From Pseudomonadota bacterium (GTDB lineage Archaea > Thermoplasmatota > SW-10-69-26 > JACQPN01 > JAJPHT01), in the NCBI GenBank assembly GCA_021325135.1, contig JAJPHT010000036.1, forward strand, positions 1-64,000: a stretch of DNA of 64,000 bases, written 5' to 3'. Shown piece after piece: positions 1-9,630 of the stretch; the stretch's first letter is position 1, and the number at the start of each line of letters is the position of its first letter. Position numbers and translations under genes: made by a program. The notes under the pieces were generated by a model that did no database searches, was not told the DNA's origin, and saw nothing but the letters and a program-made list of their open reading frames with translations.

Positions 1-107
1 ATCGAGCACCGTGGAGGAGCAGCATGACCACGCTGCTCGACACGGCCGGGCAAGCCCGGCCTATCGAGCACCGTGGAGGAGCAGCATGACCACGCTGCTC
101 GACACGG
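1..107. repeat. 45-bp direct repeat (1-45 and 63-107, 62-bp period) separated by a short GC hairpin; includes the vapC RBS and start codon
   Basis: atcgagcaccgtggaggagcagcatgaccacgctgctcgacacgg occurs identically twice; ggccgggc-aa-gcccggcc lies at the junction. Confidence 0.9.
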
Positions 108-484
108 ACGTCCTCATCGACCTGCTGCACAAGCGCGAGCCCACCACGTCGTTCCTCGCGGACCTGCGCGCCCGCGGCGAGACGCTGGCGACGACCAGCG
201 TCAACGCGGCGGAGCTGTGGCGCGGCGCGCGCTCGCAGGCCGCGCGCGAGGCGGTGGGCAAGCTCCTCATCGCGCTCCACGACGTGCCCTTCGGCCCGCG
301 CGCGGCGCGCCGCTTCGGCGAGGTCATGGACGCCCTGGACCGCGCGGGCGAGCCCATCGCCAACACGGACGGCCTCATCGCCGCGGCGGCGCTGGAGGCG
401 GGCGCGCGCCTCGTGACGCGCAACGGGAAGGAGTTCCGCCGCGTGCCCGGCCTCGAAGTGCTCGTCCCCCAGGGGAAGCGCTGA
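86..484 (+). CDS. vapC: PIN-domain ribonuclease, VapC-type toxin
   Basis: MTTLLDTDVLID...AAELWRG...DGLIAAAALE...LVTRNGKEF PIN motifs; GGAGG RBS upstream. Confidence 0.9.
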   Translation: MTTLLDTDVLIDLLHKREPTTSFLADLRARGETLATTSVNAAELWRGARSQAAREAVGKLLIALHDVPFGPRAARRFGEVMDALDRAGEPIANTDGLIAAAALEAGARLVTRNGKEFRRVPGLEVLVPQGKR

Positions 485-1113
485 TGGAGGCCGTCGTCGA
501 GGTGGAGCACGCCGGCTGCTACACGTCGGACCTGACGCGCCGGCTGGGCGTCGCCATCACCGTGCTCTCCGGGCACGCGACGCCCGAAGGGAGCGTGGGC
601 CTCTGGGAGCTCTCCGGCCCGGACGCCGTGCTCCCCCGCGCCGTGGAGGAGCTTCGCGCGCACCCCAACGTGCGCCGCGCGGACGTGCTCCAGCGCCGCC
701 CCGGCTCGTGGATCCTGGAGACGCTGGACACCGAGGCCGAGGTCTCCAACGCGCTCATCGCGGCGGGGCTCGTGTTCCTCCCGCCCGTCCTCATCGCGGA
801 GGGCACCGAGACGTACCGCGTCTTCGCCCTGGAGCGCCGGCAGGTGGACCGCGCGGTGAAGGCGCTGGCGAAGCGCAACCGCGTCGTGGTCCGCTCCGTG
901 CGCGACCGCGTCGTCGCCTCCTCGCCCCTCGCCGCGCTCACGCCGAAGCAGCGCGAGACGCTGGAGGCCGCGTGGCGCGAAGGGTGGTACGACCGCCCGC
1001 GGCGCACCGACCAGGCCGCGCTGGCGCGCCGGCTGGGCGTCTCGCGCCCCGCGCTGGCCGAGCGCCTCGCGCGCGCCGAGGCCAACGCCATGCGGGCGCT
1101 TTTCGAGGGGTGA
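484..1113 (+). CDS. Bacterio-opsin activator-like HTH-10 transcriptional regulator
   Basis: C-terminal LTPKQRETLEAAWREGWYDRPRR...LARRLGVSRPALAERLARAE; ATG overlaps the vapC stop. Confidence 0.85.
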   Translation: MEAVVEVEHAGCYTSDLTRRLGVAITVLSGHATPEGSVGLWELSGPDAVLPRAVEELRAHPNVRRADVLQRRPGSWILETLDTEAEVSNALIAAGLVFLPPVLIAEGTETYRVFALERRQVDRAVKALAKRNRVVVRSVRDRVVASSPLAALTPKQRETLEAAWREGWYDRPRRTDQAALARRLGVSRPALAERLARAEANAMRALFEG

Positions 1114-1114
1114 T

Positions 1115-1306
1115 TCACGCCTTCTTCTCGTGCATCTCGGGCGGCAGCAGGTTGGGAATGCCGCCCTCGATGGGGTAGTGGAAGTCGCAGGTGGCGCAGT
1201 AGAGGTCGCCCTCCACGATCTCCACCTCGCTCTTCTCCTGGATGGTGAGGACGAGGTCCGTCTTGTGGACCGGGCAGCAGAGGATCTCCATGAGGTCCTG
1301 CTTCAT
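1115..1306 (-). CDS. trm112: Trm112-like methyltransferase activator
   Basis: MKQDLMEILCCPVHK...LYCATC...YPIEGGIPNLLP. Confidence 0.9.
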   Translation of the reverse strand: MKQDLMEILCCPVHKTDLVLTIQEKSEVEIVEGDLYCATCDFHYPIEGGIPNLLPPEMHEKKA

Positions 1307-1348
1307 GGGACCGGGCAGGGGGCCCCCGCCCAAAAGGGTTGGGGAGCC

Positions 1349-2233
1349 CTACCCCGACGCCGCGACCACCGGCTGGGCGCCGCGCTCGCTGACGAGCACG
1401 ACGAGGAGGTTCTTCACCATCTCGGCCTTGCGCGTCTCGTCCATGCGCACGATGTCGCGCTCGTCCAGGGACTTGAGCACGCCTTCGACCATGCTCACGG
1501 CGCCCTCCACGATGCGGGCGCGCGCGGCGAGGATGGCGGCGGCCTGCTGGCGCTGGAGCATGGCGCCCGCGATCTCGGTGCTGTAGGCCAGGTGCGTGAG
1601 GCGCGCCTCGGTGACCTCGACGCCGGAGAGCTCCAGGCGCGTCTGAAGCTCCTCGCGGAGGTCCTGCGCGACCTCGTCGGCGTTGCCGCGCAGGCTGCGC
1701 GCGTCGGGGTGCGAGCCCACGTCGTAGGGGTACTTCGCGGCGAGGTGGCGGATGGCCGTCTCGCTCTGCACCTGCACGAACTGCGCGTAGTCCTCCACGT
1801 CGAAGACGGCGCGGGCCGTGTCCACGACGCGCCAGACGACGACGCAGGCGATCTCGATGGGGTTGCCGTCCGCGTCGTTCACCTTCAGCTGCGGGCTCGT
1901 GAAGTTGCGCACCTTGAGGCTGACCGCGCGCCGCACCGCGAAGGGGTTCGTCCAGTACCAGCCGGCCTCGCGCACGGTGCCGCGGTACTTGCCGAACACG
2001 ACGAGGACGACCGCCTCGTTGGGCTGCACGAGGAAGAGGCCGCGCGAGACGAGGATGGCGGCGACGAAGACGAGGATGCCCAGCACGAGGACCAGCGGTT
2101 GCGCGAAGCCCGCGCCTGCGATGGCCAGCGCGATGGCGCCGGCGTAGAGGCCGAGGGCGAGGACGAGCATCGCGGCGCCGGAGAGGCCAAGGCCGGCGGT
2201 CTCGCGGATCGACGTGGCGGGCGTGGGGGCCAT
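1349..2233 (-). CDS. SPFH/band-7 domain membrane protein
   Basis: Two N-terminal TMs; [32 protein letters not shown]. Confidence 0.9.
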   Translation of the reverse strand: MAPTPATSIRETAGLGLSGAAMLVLALGLYAGAIALAIAGAGFAQPLVLVLGILVFVAAILVSRGLFLVQPNEAVVLVVFGKYRGTVREAGWYWTNPFAVRRAVSLKVRNFTSPQLKVNDADGNPIEIACVVVWRVVDTARAVFDVEDYAQFVQVQSETAIRHLAAKYPYDVGSHPDARSLRGNADEVAQDLREELQTRLELSGVEVTEARLTHLAYSTEIAGAMLQRQQAAAILAARARIVEGAVSMVEGVLKSLDERDIVRMDETRKAEMVKNLLVVLVSERGAQPVVAASG

Positions 2234-2266
2234 GCGGGCGTAACGGGGCAGGCTGGCTTGAAGCCC

Positions 2267-3310
2267 TCACAGCGGGGGCAGCGAGCCGGGGTCGAGGAGC
2301 TGCCACGTCGCGAGGCGCACGTCGAGCCCGCCCTTCTCCTTCGCGTACTGGAGGGCGTGGTCGAGGTTCGTGATGCCGGTGGTGGTGGGCGGGTTGAACG
2401 GGTCGGCCGCGTAGATCGTGCTCGTGACGACGACGCCCAGCGCGTGGCCATCCGCGGTCATGGCGCCGCTGCCGGAGTCGCCGGGAAGCACCGGGAACTG
2501 CGTCTCGGCGTAGGTGGTCCAGCCCGCGACCTCGGTGACGTAGCCCTCCTTCTCCATGATGGGCTCGACGCCCTGGCGCAGGTCGGAGTTGCCGTAGGTG
2601 AGCACCTTGTCCAGGGGCTGCACCTGGCCCGAGTCCGCGAGGCCCACGGGACCGCCGAAGTGCAGCATGGCGGGGCTCGTGATCGCGACGGCGGAGGCGT
2701 CGAGGCGGATGAGGGCGAAGTCGTTGGCGTCGCAGGTGGCGGCGTCCTTCTCGTTGGCGCAGTCCGCGGGGTGCGTGGGATCGTCGGGGACCTCGCTGTT
2801 GTTCATGACGTACCACGAGGAGTACGCGATGCTGCCCTTGGCGACGCCGGGGCCGACGTCGGCCGGATCGCCGATCTTGAGGCCGCTCACGCAGTGCGCG
2901 GCGACGCCCAGGTAGACGGTCGCGTTGTCGGGGCTCGTGAAGACGAAGTTGGACGTGCACTCGCGCTGGCCGCCGGAGCCGGTGGGGTCGCGCGGGTCGC
3001 CGTTGGTGATGACCTGCACGCCGGGGCGGATCTTCGCGGCGTCGGGCGCGGCCCACGCGACGGGGGGCGCGGCGACGGGCGTGGAGTTGGGCGTCGCGTT
3101 GGGGGCCGACGAAGGGTCGGGAGTCCCCTGCGTCGACGGGGGCGCGCTGCCGTTGGTCGCGGGCGCGTCCGGGGTCGAGCCGGCGGGCGTCGCGCCGGTG
3201 GGCGTGACGTTGCCCAGGGCGGCGGGCGTCTCGGGGTCCTGGGGGGTCGGCTTGGCGCAACCGGCGACGAGGGCGAGTGCCACGAGGCAGGCGAGCGCCG
3301 CGGGACGCAT
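2267..3310 (-). CDS. Trypsin-like (S1) serine protease lipoprotein
   Basis: Lipobox VAGC, Pro/Thr linker, triad motifs VAAHC / NDFALI / PGDSGS. Confidence 0.85.
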   Translation of the reverse strand: MRPAALACLVALALVAGCAKPTPQDPETPAALGNVTPTGATPAGSTPDAPATNGSAPPSTQGTPDPSSAPNATPNSTPVAAPPVAWAAPDAAKIRPGVQVITNGDPRDPTGSGGQRECTSNFVFTSPDNATVYLGVAAHCVSGLKIGDPADVGPGVAKGSIAYSSWYVMNNSEVPDDPTHPADCANEKDAATCDANDFALIRLDASAVAITSPAMLHFGGPVGLADSGQVQPLDKVLTYGNSDLRQGVEPIMEKEGYVTEVAGWTTYAETQFPVLPGDSGSGAMTADGHALGVVVTSTIYAADPFNPPTTTGITNLDHALQYAKEKGGLDVRLATWQLLDPGSLPPL

Positions 3311-3335
3311 GGGACGACCTTCCCTGAACCAGGCT

Positions 3336-4184
3336 TCAACTCTGCGATGACTGCGTTGAACCGATGCCGCCCGACGCGAGGAGGTCCCACGTCATGAGCG
3401 TCATGTGGAGCTTCGCGTGCTCGTCGGCGTACTCCATGAGCTTGTCCAGGCGGGCGACGCCGTTGGCGCCGGGGTTGGGCGCGACGCCCAGGGTGATCAT
3501 GACGCCCACGGCCTTGCCATCCGGGGTCGTGACGCCCGCGCCCATCTGGCCCGGGAGCGTCGGCTCGCCGTAGACCATGTAGGCCCACGAGCCCACCTGC
3601 GCGGCGACGACGCCCTGGCGCGCGTGGAGCGCCTCGGGGAGCCCGTCGCTGAGGTTCGCGTAGCTGCGCACGCGCTCGCCCACGGAGACGGCGCCGAAGT
3701 CCGCGAGCCCCACGGGGCCTCCGTAGTGGAGCATCGCGGGGTTCACCCACTTGCGGTCGCGGTCGTCGACGCGGAAGACGGCGAAGTCGTTGTAGTTGAG
3801 CGCGTCGGCGTCCGTCTCGTGGACCTCGGCCATGGTCTCGAAGGAGGAGTAGATCAGCACCGCGATGGTGTCGTTGGTGCCGATGCTCGCCAGCGATCCC
3901 ACGTGCATGTCGCGCACGCAGTAGGCGGTCGTGCCCACGAACACGCTGGTGTTGTCGGGGCGGATGAAGACGAAGTTGGCGGGGCAGTCGGCCTTCGGCG
4001 TGTGGATGAGCGCGCCGGGACGGATCTTCGCGGACTCCAGCGGCGCCCAGCCCGGGTTGTCGGGCGCGACGGGGTCGCCGGGCACGATGCGGCCCTGCTT
4101 GAGGGGCGCCCCCGCCTGCGAGGTGCAGCCCGCGAGCAGGGCGCTGCCAAGGAGGATGAGGGCGAGGACCGGGGCCGCGCGCAT
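3336..4184 (-). CDS. Catalytically degenerate trypsin-like protease paralog (lipoprotein)
   Basis: Lipobox LAGC; aligns with neighbour (AKIRPG, NFVF, NDFA, PAMLHxGGPVGLAD) but His motif reads TTAYC and Ser motif reads PGQMGAG. Confidence 0.8.
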   Translation of the reverse strand: MRAAPVLALILLGSALLAGCTSQAGAPLKQGRIVPGDPVAPDNPGWAPLESAKIRPGALIHTPKADCPANFVFIRPDNTSVFVGTTAYCVRDMHVGSLASIGTNDTIAVLIYSSFETMAEVHETDADALNYNDFAVFRVDDRDRKWVNPAMLHYGGPVGLADFGAVSVGERVRSYANLSDGLPEALHARQGVVAAQVGSWAYMVYGEPTLPGQMGAGVTTPDGKAVGVMITLGVAPNPGANGVARLDKLMEYADEHAKLHMTLMTWDLLASGGIGSTQSSQS

Positions 4185-4289
4185 GGCGAGCCCTCCTCCG
4201 CGCCCGGATCAAGGGTTGTGGTGCGCCCCTTGCCCAGGGGAGGAGGGAAGTCCGGCAGGTTCAAACCCCACCGGGGCGGACCCCCGGAC

Positions 4290-5051
4290 GTGGAGTGGAC
4301 CCTCGCCTTCGGCGGCGCGGTCTCCGGCCTGGCCGCGGCGGCGTTCGCCTACGCGGCGGCGCGCTTCCTCTTCCGCGGCGAAGGGCAGGAGCGCCGCGCC
4401 TCGCGCGCCTTCGCCGCGTGGTGGGCCGGCCTGGCCGCCTACACCGCGCTCCAGGGGCTCGACGATCTTCTGGGCGCCTTCGGGGCCGCGTCGCTCCCGG
4501 TCTTCGCCGCGGTGCGCTACGCGACGCTCGCGCTCATCTGCCTGGCCTTCGCAGGGCTCGCCCACTACGTCCTCTACGTCCGCACCGGCCACGGGCGGTG
4601 GGCCTCGTGGGCGTGGGCCTACTACGGCCTGCTGGCGGGCGCGTTCGTGGCCATCGTCGCCTCGGCAGGGCCCAGCGGCGTCGTGATCCAGCGCTGGCGC
4701 ACCGACGTCTCCCTGGGCCGGCCCGTGAACGTGCCCCTCTTCGCGGCGTGCCTCCTGCTGGCCATCGTCCCGGTGCTGGCCGCCACCGCTTCGTACCTGG
4801 GGCTGCGCGGCCGCTCCCAGGACGAGAGGCAGCGCCGCCGCATCCTCGTCGTGGGGAGCGGCATCCTCCTGGCCCTCGTCGCCATGGCCGTCTCCCGCGC
4901 GTCCAACGACGACGCGTTCCAGCTCGTCGCGCGCCCCACCCTGGGCGCGGGCGTGGCGCTCCTCATCGCGCGCGAGTTCCGCGACCCGCGCCCGCCCCGG
5001 GACCCCGCCCGCCAGCGAGGCCTGGAGCAGCGCGTCCGCGAGCTCGTCTGA
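4290..5051 (+). CDS. Polytopic (about 7 TM) membrane protein
   Basis: GTG start, successive hydrophobic helices; resembles stand-alone 7TM sensor domains. Confidence 0.7.
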   Translation: MEWTLAFGGAVSGLAAAAFAYAAARFLFRGEGQERRASRAFAAWWAGLAAYTALQGLDDLLGAFGAASLPVFAAVRYATLALICLAFAGLAHYVLYVRTGHGRWASWAWAYYGLLAGAFVAIVASAGPSGVVIQRWRTDVSLGRPVNVPLFAACLLLAIVPVLAATASYLGLRGRSQDERQRRRILVVGSGILLALVAMAVSRASNDDAFQLVARPTLGAGVALLIAREFRDPRPPRDPARQRGLEQRVRELV

Positions 5052-5053
5052 CG

Positions 5054-8000
5054 TCAGCGCGCGTCGAAGTAGCGCGCCTCGGGGTGATGGAACACGAGGG
5101 CCGACACGCTGGCCTCGGGGTCCATCATGAAGCCCTCCGTGAGCCCCACGCCGACGTCGGCGGGCTGGAGGAGGCGGAAGAGCTTGGCCTGGTCCGCGAG
5201 GTCGGGGCACGCGGGGTATCCGAAGGAGACGCGCACGCCGCGGTACGCGCCCTGGAAGGTCTCGCGCATGGTGACGCCCTCCGCGTCGGGGATGCCCCAC
5301 GAGGCGCGGATGCGCTTGTGCAGGTACTCGGCAAGCCCTTCCGCGGCCTCCAGCGCGAGGGCCTGGAGCGCGTGGCTCCGGAGGTACTCGCCCTGCGCCT
5401 TCCAGCGCTCGGCCTGCTCGCGGACGCCGGGCCCCGCCGTCACGCAGAGCATGGCGATGCTATCAAGAGGACCGCCCACGGGGGCCACCCAGTCGGCGAC
5501 GCAGCGCCGCGGCGACTCGCGCTGGCGCGGGAACGCGAAGCGCTCGACGACCTTCTCTCCAGGCGCCTCGGGGTCGTAGACGAGGAGGGAGTCCCCGTCG
5601 CCGTGCGCGGGGAAGAAGCGCCACACCGCGCCCAGGCGCAGGATGCGCGCGGCCTCGCGCTGGAGCGCCTCGACGACCTCCACCAGCTCCAGCGCGCGGG
5701 GGTCCTTCTGGGCGACGAGCTTCTCCACGTCGCCGCGCAGGCCCAGGTGCTTGCCGTAGAGCATCACGGGGTTGACGAAGGGGAGGATGGAGGCGAGGTC
5801 GGGGCGCAGGACGTGGCGCGAGAAGTCCGGCGCGCGGGGGAGCGAGGCGAGGCGCGAGAGGGGCGCGTGCTCGCCGGGCGCGGGCGCCGCGGGCGAGGGC
5901 GCCTCCAGCGCGGCGTACTCCTCGGCGGCGCGCCGCAGCAGCGCGTCGCGCTGGGGAGAGAACCACTGGTTGGCCAGCGCGAGCCCGCTCATGGCGTCCT
6001 TGGCGTAGAACGTGGGCGCGGCGTAGGCGGGCGCGATCCGGGAGCCCGTGAAGCGCTTCGTGAGCGCGGCGCCGCCCACGAGGAGCGGCAGGTCCACGCC
6101 CGCGGCGCGGAGGTCCTGCGCGGTGGCGACCATCTGCTGCGCGCTCTTCACCAGCAGGCCCGAGAGGCCGATGGCGTCGGGATTGTGCTCGCGCACGGCC
6201 TTGACAAGCTCCTCGGGGGCCACCTTGATGCCGAGGTTCACGACCTCGTAGCCGTTGTTGGAGAGGATGATCTCCACGAGGTTCTTGCCGATGTCGTGGA
6301 CGTCGCCCTTCACCGTCGCGAGGACGACCTTCCCCTTGCGGCCGGCGTCCGCGCGCTCCATGTGGGGCTTGAGGTGGTCGACGGCGGCCTTCATGGCCTC
6401 CGCGCTCTGGAGCACCTCGGCGACGATGAGCTGGTTCGCGTTGAAGAGGCGGCCCACCTCGTCCATGCCCGCCATGAGGGGCCCGTTGATGATCTCCAGC
6501 GCCTTGCGCTCCCGGAGCGCGAGGTCGAGGTCCGCGAGGAGCCCCTCCTTGGTGCCCTCGACGATGCAGCGCGCGAGGCGCTCGTCCAGGGGGAGGTCCA
6601 CGGCCGGCTTCGCGGCCTTCGTCTTCCCGCTGAAGTGCGCCGCGAACGCCTGCGCGTCGATGCGGCTCCCCAGGAGGTCCTCGCAGACGCGGCGGTCCTC
6701 CTCGGGGATGGAGGGGTATCGCTCCAGGTGCTCCGTGTTGACGATGGCGTAGGTGAGCCCCGCCTCCACGCAGTGGTGGAGGAAGACGGAGTTGAGCGTC
6801 TCGCGCCCCGCGGCGGGCAGGCCGAAGGAGACGTTGCTGATGCCCAGGATCGTGCCGCAGCGGGGGAAGCGCTCCGCGATGAGGCGCACGCCCTCGATGG
6901 TCTCCGCGGCGCTGCCGACGTACTGCGCGTCGCCCGTGCCGCACGGGAAGACCAGAGGATCGAAGATGATGTCCTCAGGCGCCAGGCCGTATCTCTCGGT
7001 GAGCAGACGATGGCTCCGCTCGGCGATGGCCAGCTTGCGCGCCCGCGTGACGGCCATGCCCTGCCGCGGGTCCTCGTCGATGCAGCCCACGACGACGGCC
7101 GCGCCGTAGGCCTTCAGGAGCGGCACGACCTTCTCGAAGCGCTCCTCGCCCTCCTCCAAGTTCACGGAGTTGACGATGGCCTTGCCCTGGGAGCGCTTCA
7201 GCGCGGCCTCCAGGACCGCGGCATCAGTGCTATCAATCATCAAGGGCGCCTGCACCTTGCGCGTGAGCTGCGGCAGCAGCGCATCCAGGTCCGCCAGCTC
7301 GTCGCGGTCCGGGTCCGCTAGGCAGACGTCCACGACCTGCGCGCCCCCCTTGACCTGCGCGCGGCCCACCTCGCCGGCCTCCTCCCACTTGCCCTCGGCC
7401 ACGAGGCGCTTGAACTTGCGCGAGCCGATGACGTTGGTGCGCTCGCCCACGAGGACGGGGCGGTTCGCGGGGTCGATCTCCAGGTACTCGACGCCCGAGA
7501 CGTGGCGGCGCCTGCCCTGCGCGGGCTCGCGGGGACGCTTCCCTTCGACGAGCCGGCGAAGCTCGCGGACGTGCGCGGGCGTCGTGCCGCAGCAGCCGCC
7601 CACGAGGTTGACGAGCCCCTCGTCCACGAACCTCCTCATCTTCCGGGCCAGCGACTCGGGCGTCTCCTCGTAGCGCCCCTCGTGGTCGGGCAGGCCCGCG
7701 TTGGGATAGCAATGCACGGGGCACGTCGCCAGCGAGGAGAGCGTGCGGAGGTGGTCCGCCATGAACTCAGGGCCCGTCGCGCAGTTGAGCCCCACGGTGA
7801 GGGGGCGGAAGTGCTCGACGGCGGCGTAGAACGCGTCGATGGGCTGCCCCGCGAGCATGGTGCCCATGGGCTCGATGGTGGCGGAGAGCATGATGGGCGC
7901 CTCGCGCCCCGCCTCGGCGAACGCCTCGCGCGCGCCCAGCGCGGCGGCCTTCACGTTGAGCGTGTCCTGGCTCGTCTCGACAAGGAGCGCGTCGACGCCG

Positions 8001-8446
8001 CCTTCCATGAGGCCGATGGCCTGCTCGCGGTAGCCTTCGCGCAGCGCGTCGAACGTGGTGCCGCCCGTGACGGTGAGCGCGCGCGTGGTGGGCCCGATGC
8101 TGCCCGCGACGAACCGGGGGCCCGGGAACCTCGCGGCCGCCTCGCGGGCGATCTGCGCGGCGCGGCGGTTGATCTCGCGGCACCGGTCGGCGAGCCCGAA
8201 CTCCGCCAGCACCAGGGGCGTGCCGCCGAAGGTGTTGGTCTCCACGACGTCCGCGCCCGCCTCGTAGTACTGCTCGTGGATGCGGCGCACGACGTGGGGC
8301 GCGAAGAGGTTCAGCGCCTCGGGGCACCCCTCGTGCTGCGCGCCGCCGTGGTCCTCCACGGTCAGCTTCGCAGCCTGGAGCATCGTGCCCATGCCGCCGT
8401 CCAGCACGACGATGCGCTCTTTGAGGAGGTCCGCGAGGGTGGTCAT
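5054..8446 (-). CDS. metH: Cobalamin-dependent methionine synthase
   Basis: LDGGMGTM, GGCCGTTP, GERTNVIGS, B12-binding DVHDIGKNLV, C-terminal SFGYPACPDL. Confidence 0.97.
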   Translation of the reverse strand: MTTLADLLKERIVVLDGGMGTMLQAAKLTVEDHGGAQHEGCPEALNLFAPHVVRRIHEQYYEAGADVVETNTFGGTPLVLAEFGLADRCREINRRAAQIAREAAARFPGPRFVAGSIGPTTRALTVTGGTTFDALREGYREQAIGLMEGGVDALLVETSQDTLNVKAAALGAREAFAEAGREAPIMLSATIEPMGTMLAGQPIDAFYAAVEHFRPLTVGLNCATGPEFMADHLRTLSSLATCPVHCYPNAGLPDHEGRYEETPESLARKMRRFVDEGLVNLVGGCCGTTPAHVRELRRLVEGKRPREPAQGRRRHVSGVEYLEIDPANRPVLVGERTNVIGSRKFKRLVAEGKWEEAGEVGRAQVKGGAQVVDVCLADPDRDELADLDALLPQLTRKVQAPLMIDSTDAAVLEAALKRSQGKAIVNSVNLEEGEERFEKVVPLLKAYGAAVVVGCIDEDPRQGMAVTRARKLAIAERSHRLLTERYGLAPEDIIFDPLVFPCGTGDAQYVGSAAETIEGVRLIAERFPRCGTILGISNVSFGLPAAGRETLNSVFLHHCVEAGLTYAIVNTEHLERYPSIPEEDRRVCEDLLGSRIDAQAFAAHFSGKTKAAKPAVDLPLDERLARCIVEGTKEGLLADLDLALRERKALEIINGPLMAGMDEVGRLFNANQLIVAEVLQSAEAMKAAVDHLKPHMERADAGRKGKVVLATVKGDVHDIGKNLVEIILSNNGYEVVNLGIKVAPEELVKAVREHNPDAIGLSGLLVKSAQQMVATAQDLRAAGVDLPLLVGGAALTKRFTGSRIAPAYAAPTFYAKDAMSGLALANQWFSPQRDALLRRAAEEYAALEAPSPAAPAPGEHAPLSRLASLPRAPDFSRHVLRPDLASILPFVNPVMLYGKHLGLRGDVEKLVAQKDPRALELVEVVEALQREAARILRLGAVWRFFPAHGDGDSLLVYDPEAPGEKVVERFAFPRQRESPRRCVADWVAPVGGPLDSIAMLCVTAGPGVREQAERWKAQGEYLRSHALQALALEAAEGLAEYLHKRIRASWGIPDAEGVTMRETFQGAYRGVRVSFGYPACPDLADQAKLFRLLQPADVGVGLTEGFMMDPEASVSALVFHHPEARYFDAR

Positions 8447-8462
8447 CCTGCTCCACCCCGCA

Positions 8463-8536
8463 ACGCCACGACGCGACGGCGCCACGACGCAACGCCTCGG
8501 GAATCGTCGCGTCGTGGCGTCGTCGCGTCGTGGCGT
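8463..8536. repeat. 32-bp-arm inverted repeat of 8/16-nt periodic units between metF and metH
   Basis: acgccacgacgcgacggcgccacgacgcaacg versus cgtcgcgtcgtggcgtcgtcgcgtcgtggcgt (2 mismatches). Confidence 0.85.
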
Positions 8537-8558
8537 CTCGACGTGGCGGGAAGGCCGA

Positions 8559-9542
8559 TCACAGCTTCGCCACTCCTTCCACGATGGCGTTCCCCAGCGA
8601 ATCGTCGTTGATGGGGAGGACGTGCGCGCCCAGCTTCGTCGTGAGCCCGCGGGCCTTCGCGCCGTCCACGAGGTCGGCGAACATCTCCAGGCAGACCTGC
8701 ACGCTCTCGGCGCCGAAGTCCTTGGCCTCGCGCAGGCGCTTCTGCACGGGCTCGGGGACCTTGACGAAGGGGATGCTGCCGCTCATGAACTCCATGGTGC
8801 GCGGCGCCTTGAGGGGCGAGGCGCCCACGAGGACGGGGACCGGGAAGCGGCCGCGCTTGCCCAGGACACCGCCCTGCTCCAGCTTCTCCACCCAGTCGAG
8901 GATGGGCTTGGCGTCCCACGTGATCTGCGTCTGGAAGAACTGCGCGCCCGACTCCAGCTTGGCCCGCGCGTAGCCCTCCTCGTTGTTGCGCCACGGGATG
9001 ATGGGCGCGCCCACGAAGAAGTCCAGGGGGTCCGTGCGCTTGGTGGGCTTGGGCGGCGCAAAGCGGTTGGCGTAGCGCGCCGCGGTGGGCATCATCACGT
9101 CGGGCATCAGCTCGCCCTGCGCGAGGTAGCGCCGGATGCCGGCGATCAGCTCCAGCGCGTTGACCGAGTCGACGCGGCGCTCCTCGGGGTAGTCGCCCCC
9201 CTTGGGGTGGTCGCCGGTCATGACGCTGACGTTGCGGATGCCCAGCGCCCACGCGCCCAGGAGCCAGCGCTGGATGCCCGCCAGCGTGTCGTCGCGGCAG
9301 GTGACGTGCGCCACCACCTCGACGCCGCACGCCTCCTGCACGAGGTGGCCGTACATGGCCGGGTCGATGCGCACGCGGGCCGAGGGGTTGTTGGTGAGGT
9401 TCACGGCCGCGAGGTGCGAGAGGCAGGGAAGCTCCGCGAAGGCGCGGACGTGCTCCTCCACGACACCGCTGCGGGGCGAGACCGCCTCGTAGGTGATGGG
9501 GAAGGCGTCTCGCTCCAGGCGCTCGCGGAAGGGGACGGCCAT
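8559..9542 (-). CDS. metF: Methylenetetrahydrofolate reductase
   Basis: [25 protein letters not shown]; located between metK and metH. Confidence 0.88.
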   Translation of the reverse strand: MAVPFRERLERDAFPITYEAVSPRSGVVEEHVRAFAELPCLSHLAAVNLTNNPSARVRIDPAMYGHLVQEACGVEVVAHVTCRDDTLAGIQRWLLGAWALGIRNVSVMTGDHPKGGDYPEERRVDSVNALELIAGIRRYLAQGELMPDVMMPTAARYANRFAPPKPTKRTDPLDFFVGAPIIPWRNNEEGYARAKLESGAQFFQTQITWDAKPILDWVEKLEQGGVLGKRGRFPVPVLVGASPLKAPRTMEFMSGSIPFVKVPEPVQKRLREAKDFGAESVQVCLEMFADLVDGAKARGLTTKLGAHVLPINDDSLGNAIVEGVAKL

Positions 9543-9630
9543 ATTCGTGTCACGCATTCAGGAGTCGTTTCTCATTCGGTTTTTCGCGGAGCCGAAGGCT
9601 GCCGGGTCGGGTTCTCATGCCTCCGGGATA

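Noticed and set aside
1-107. Possible CRISPR array
   Set aside because: Only two units, a 17-nt palindromic spacer, the repeat overlaps a CDS start, and no cas genes in the window
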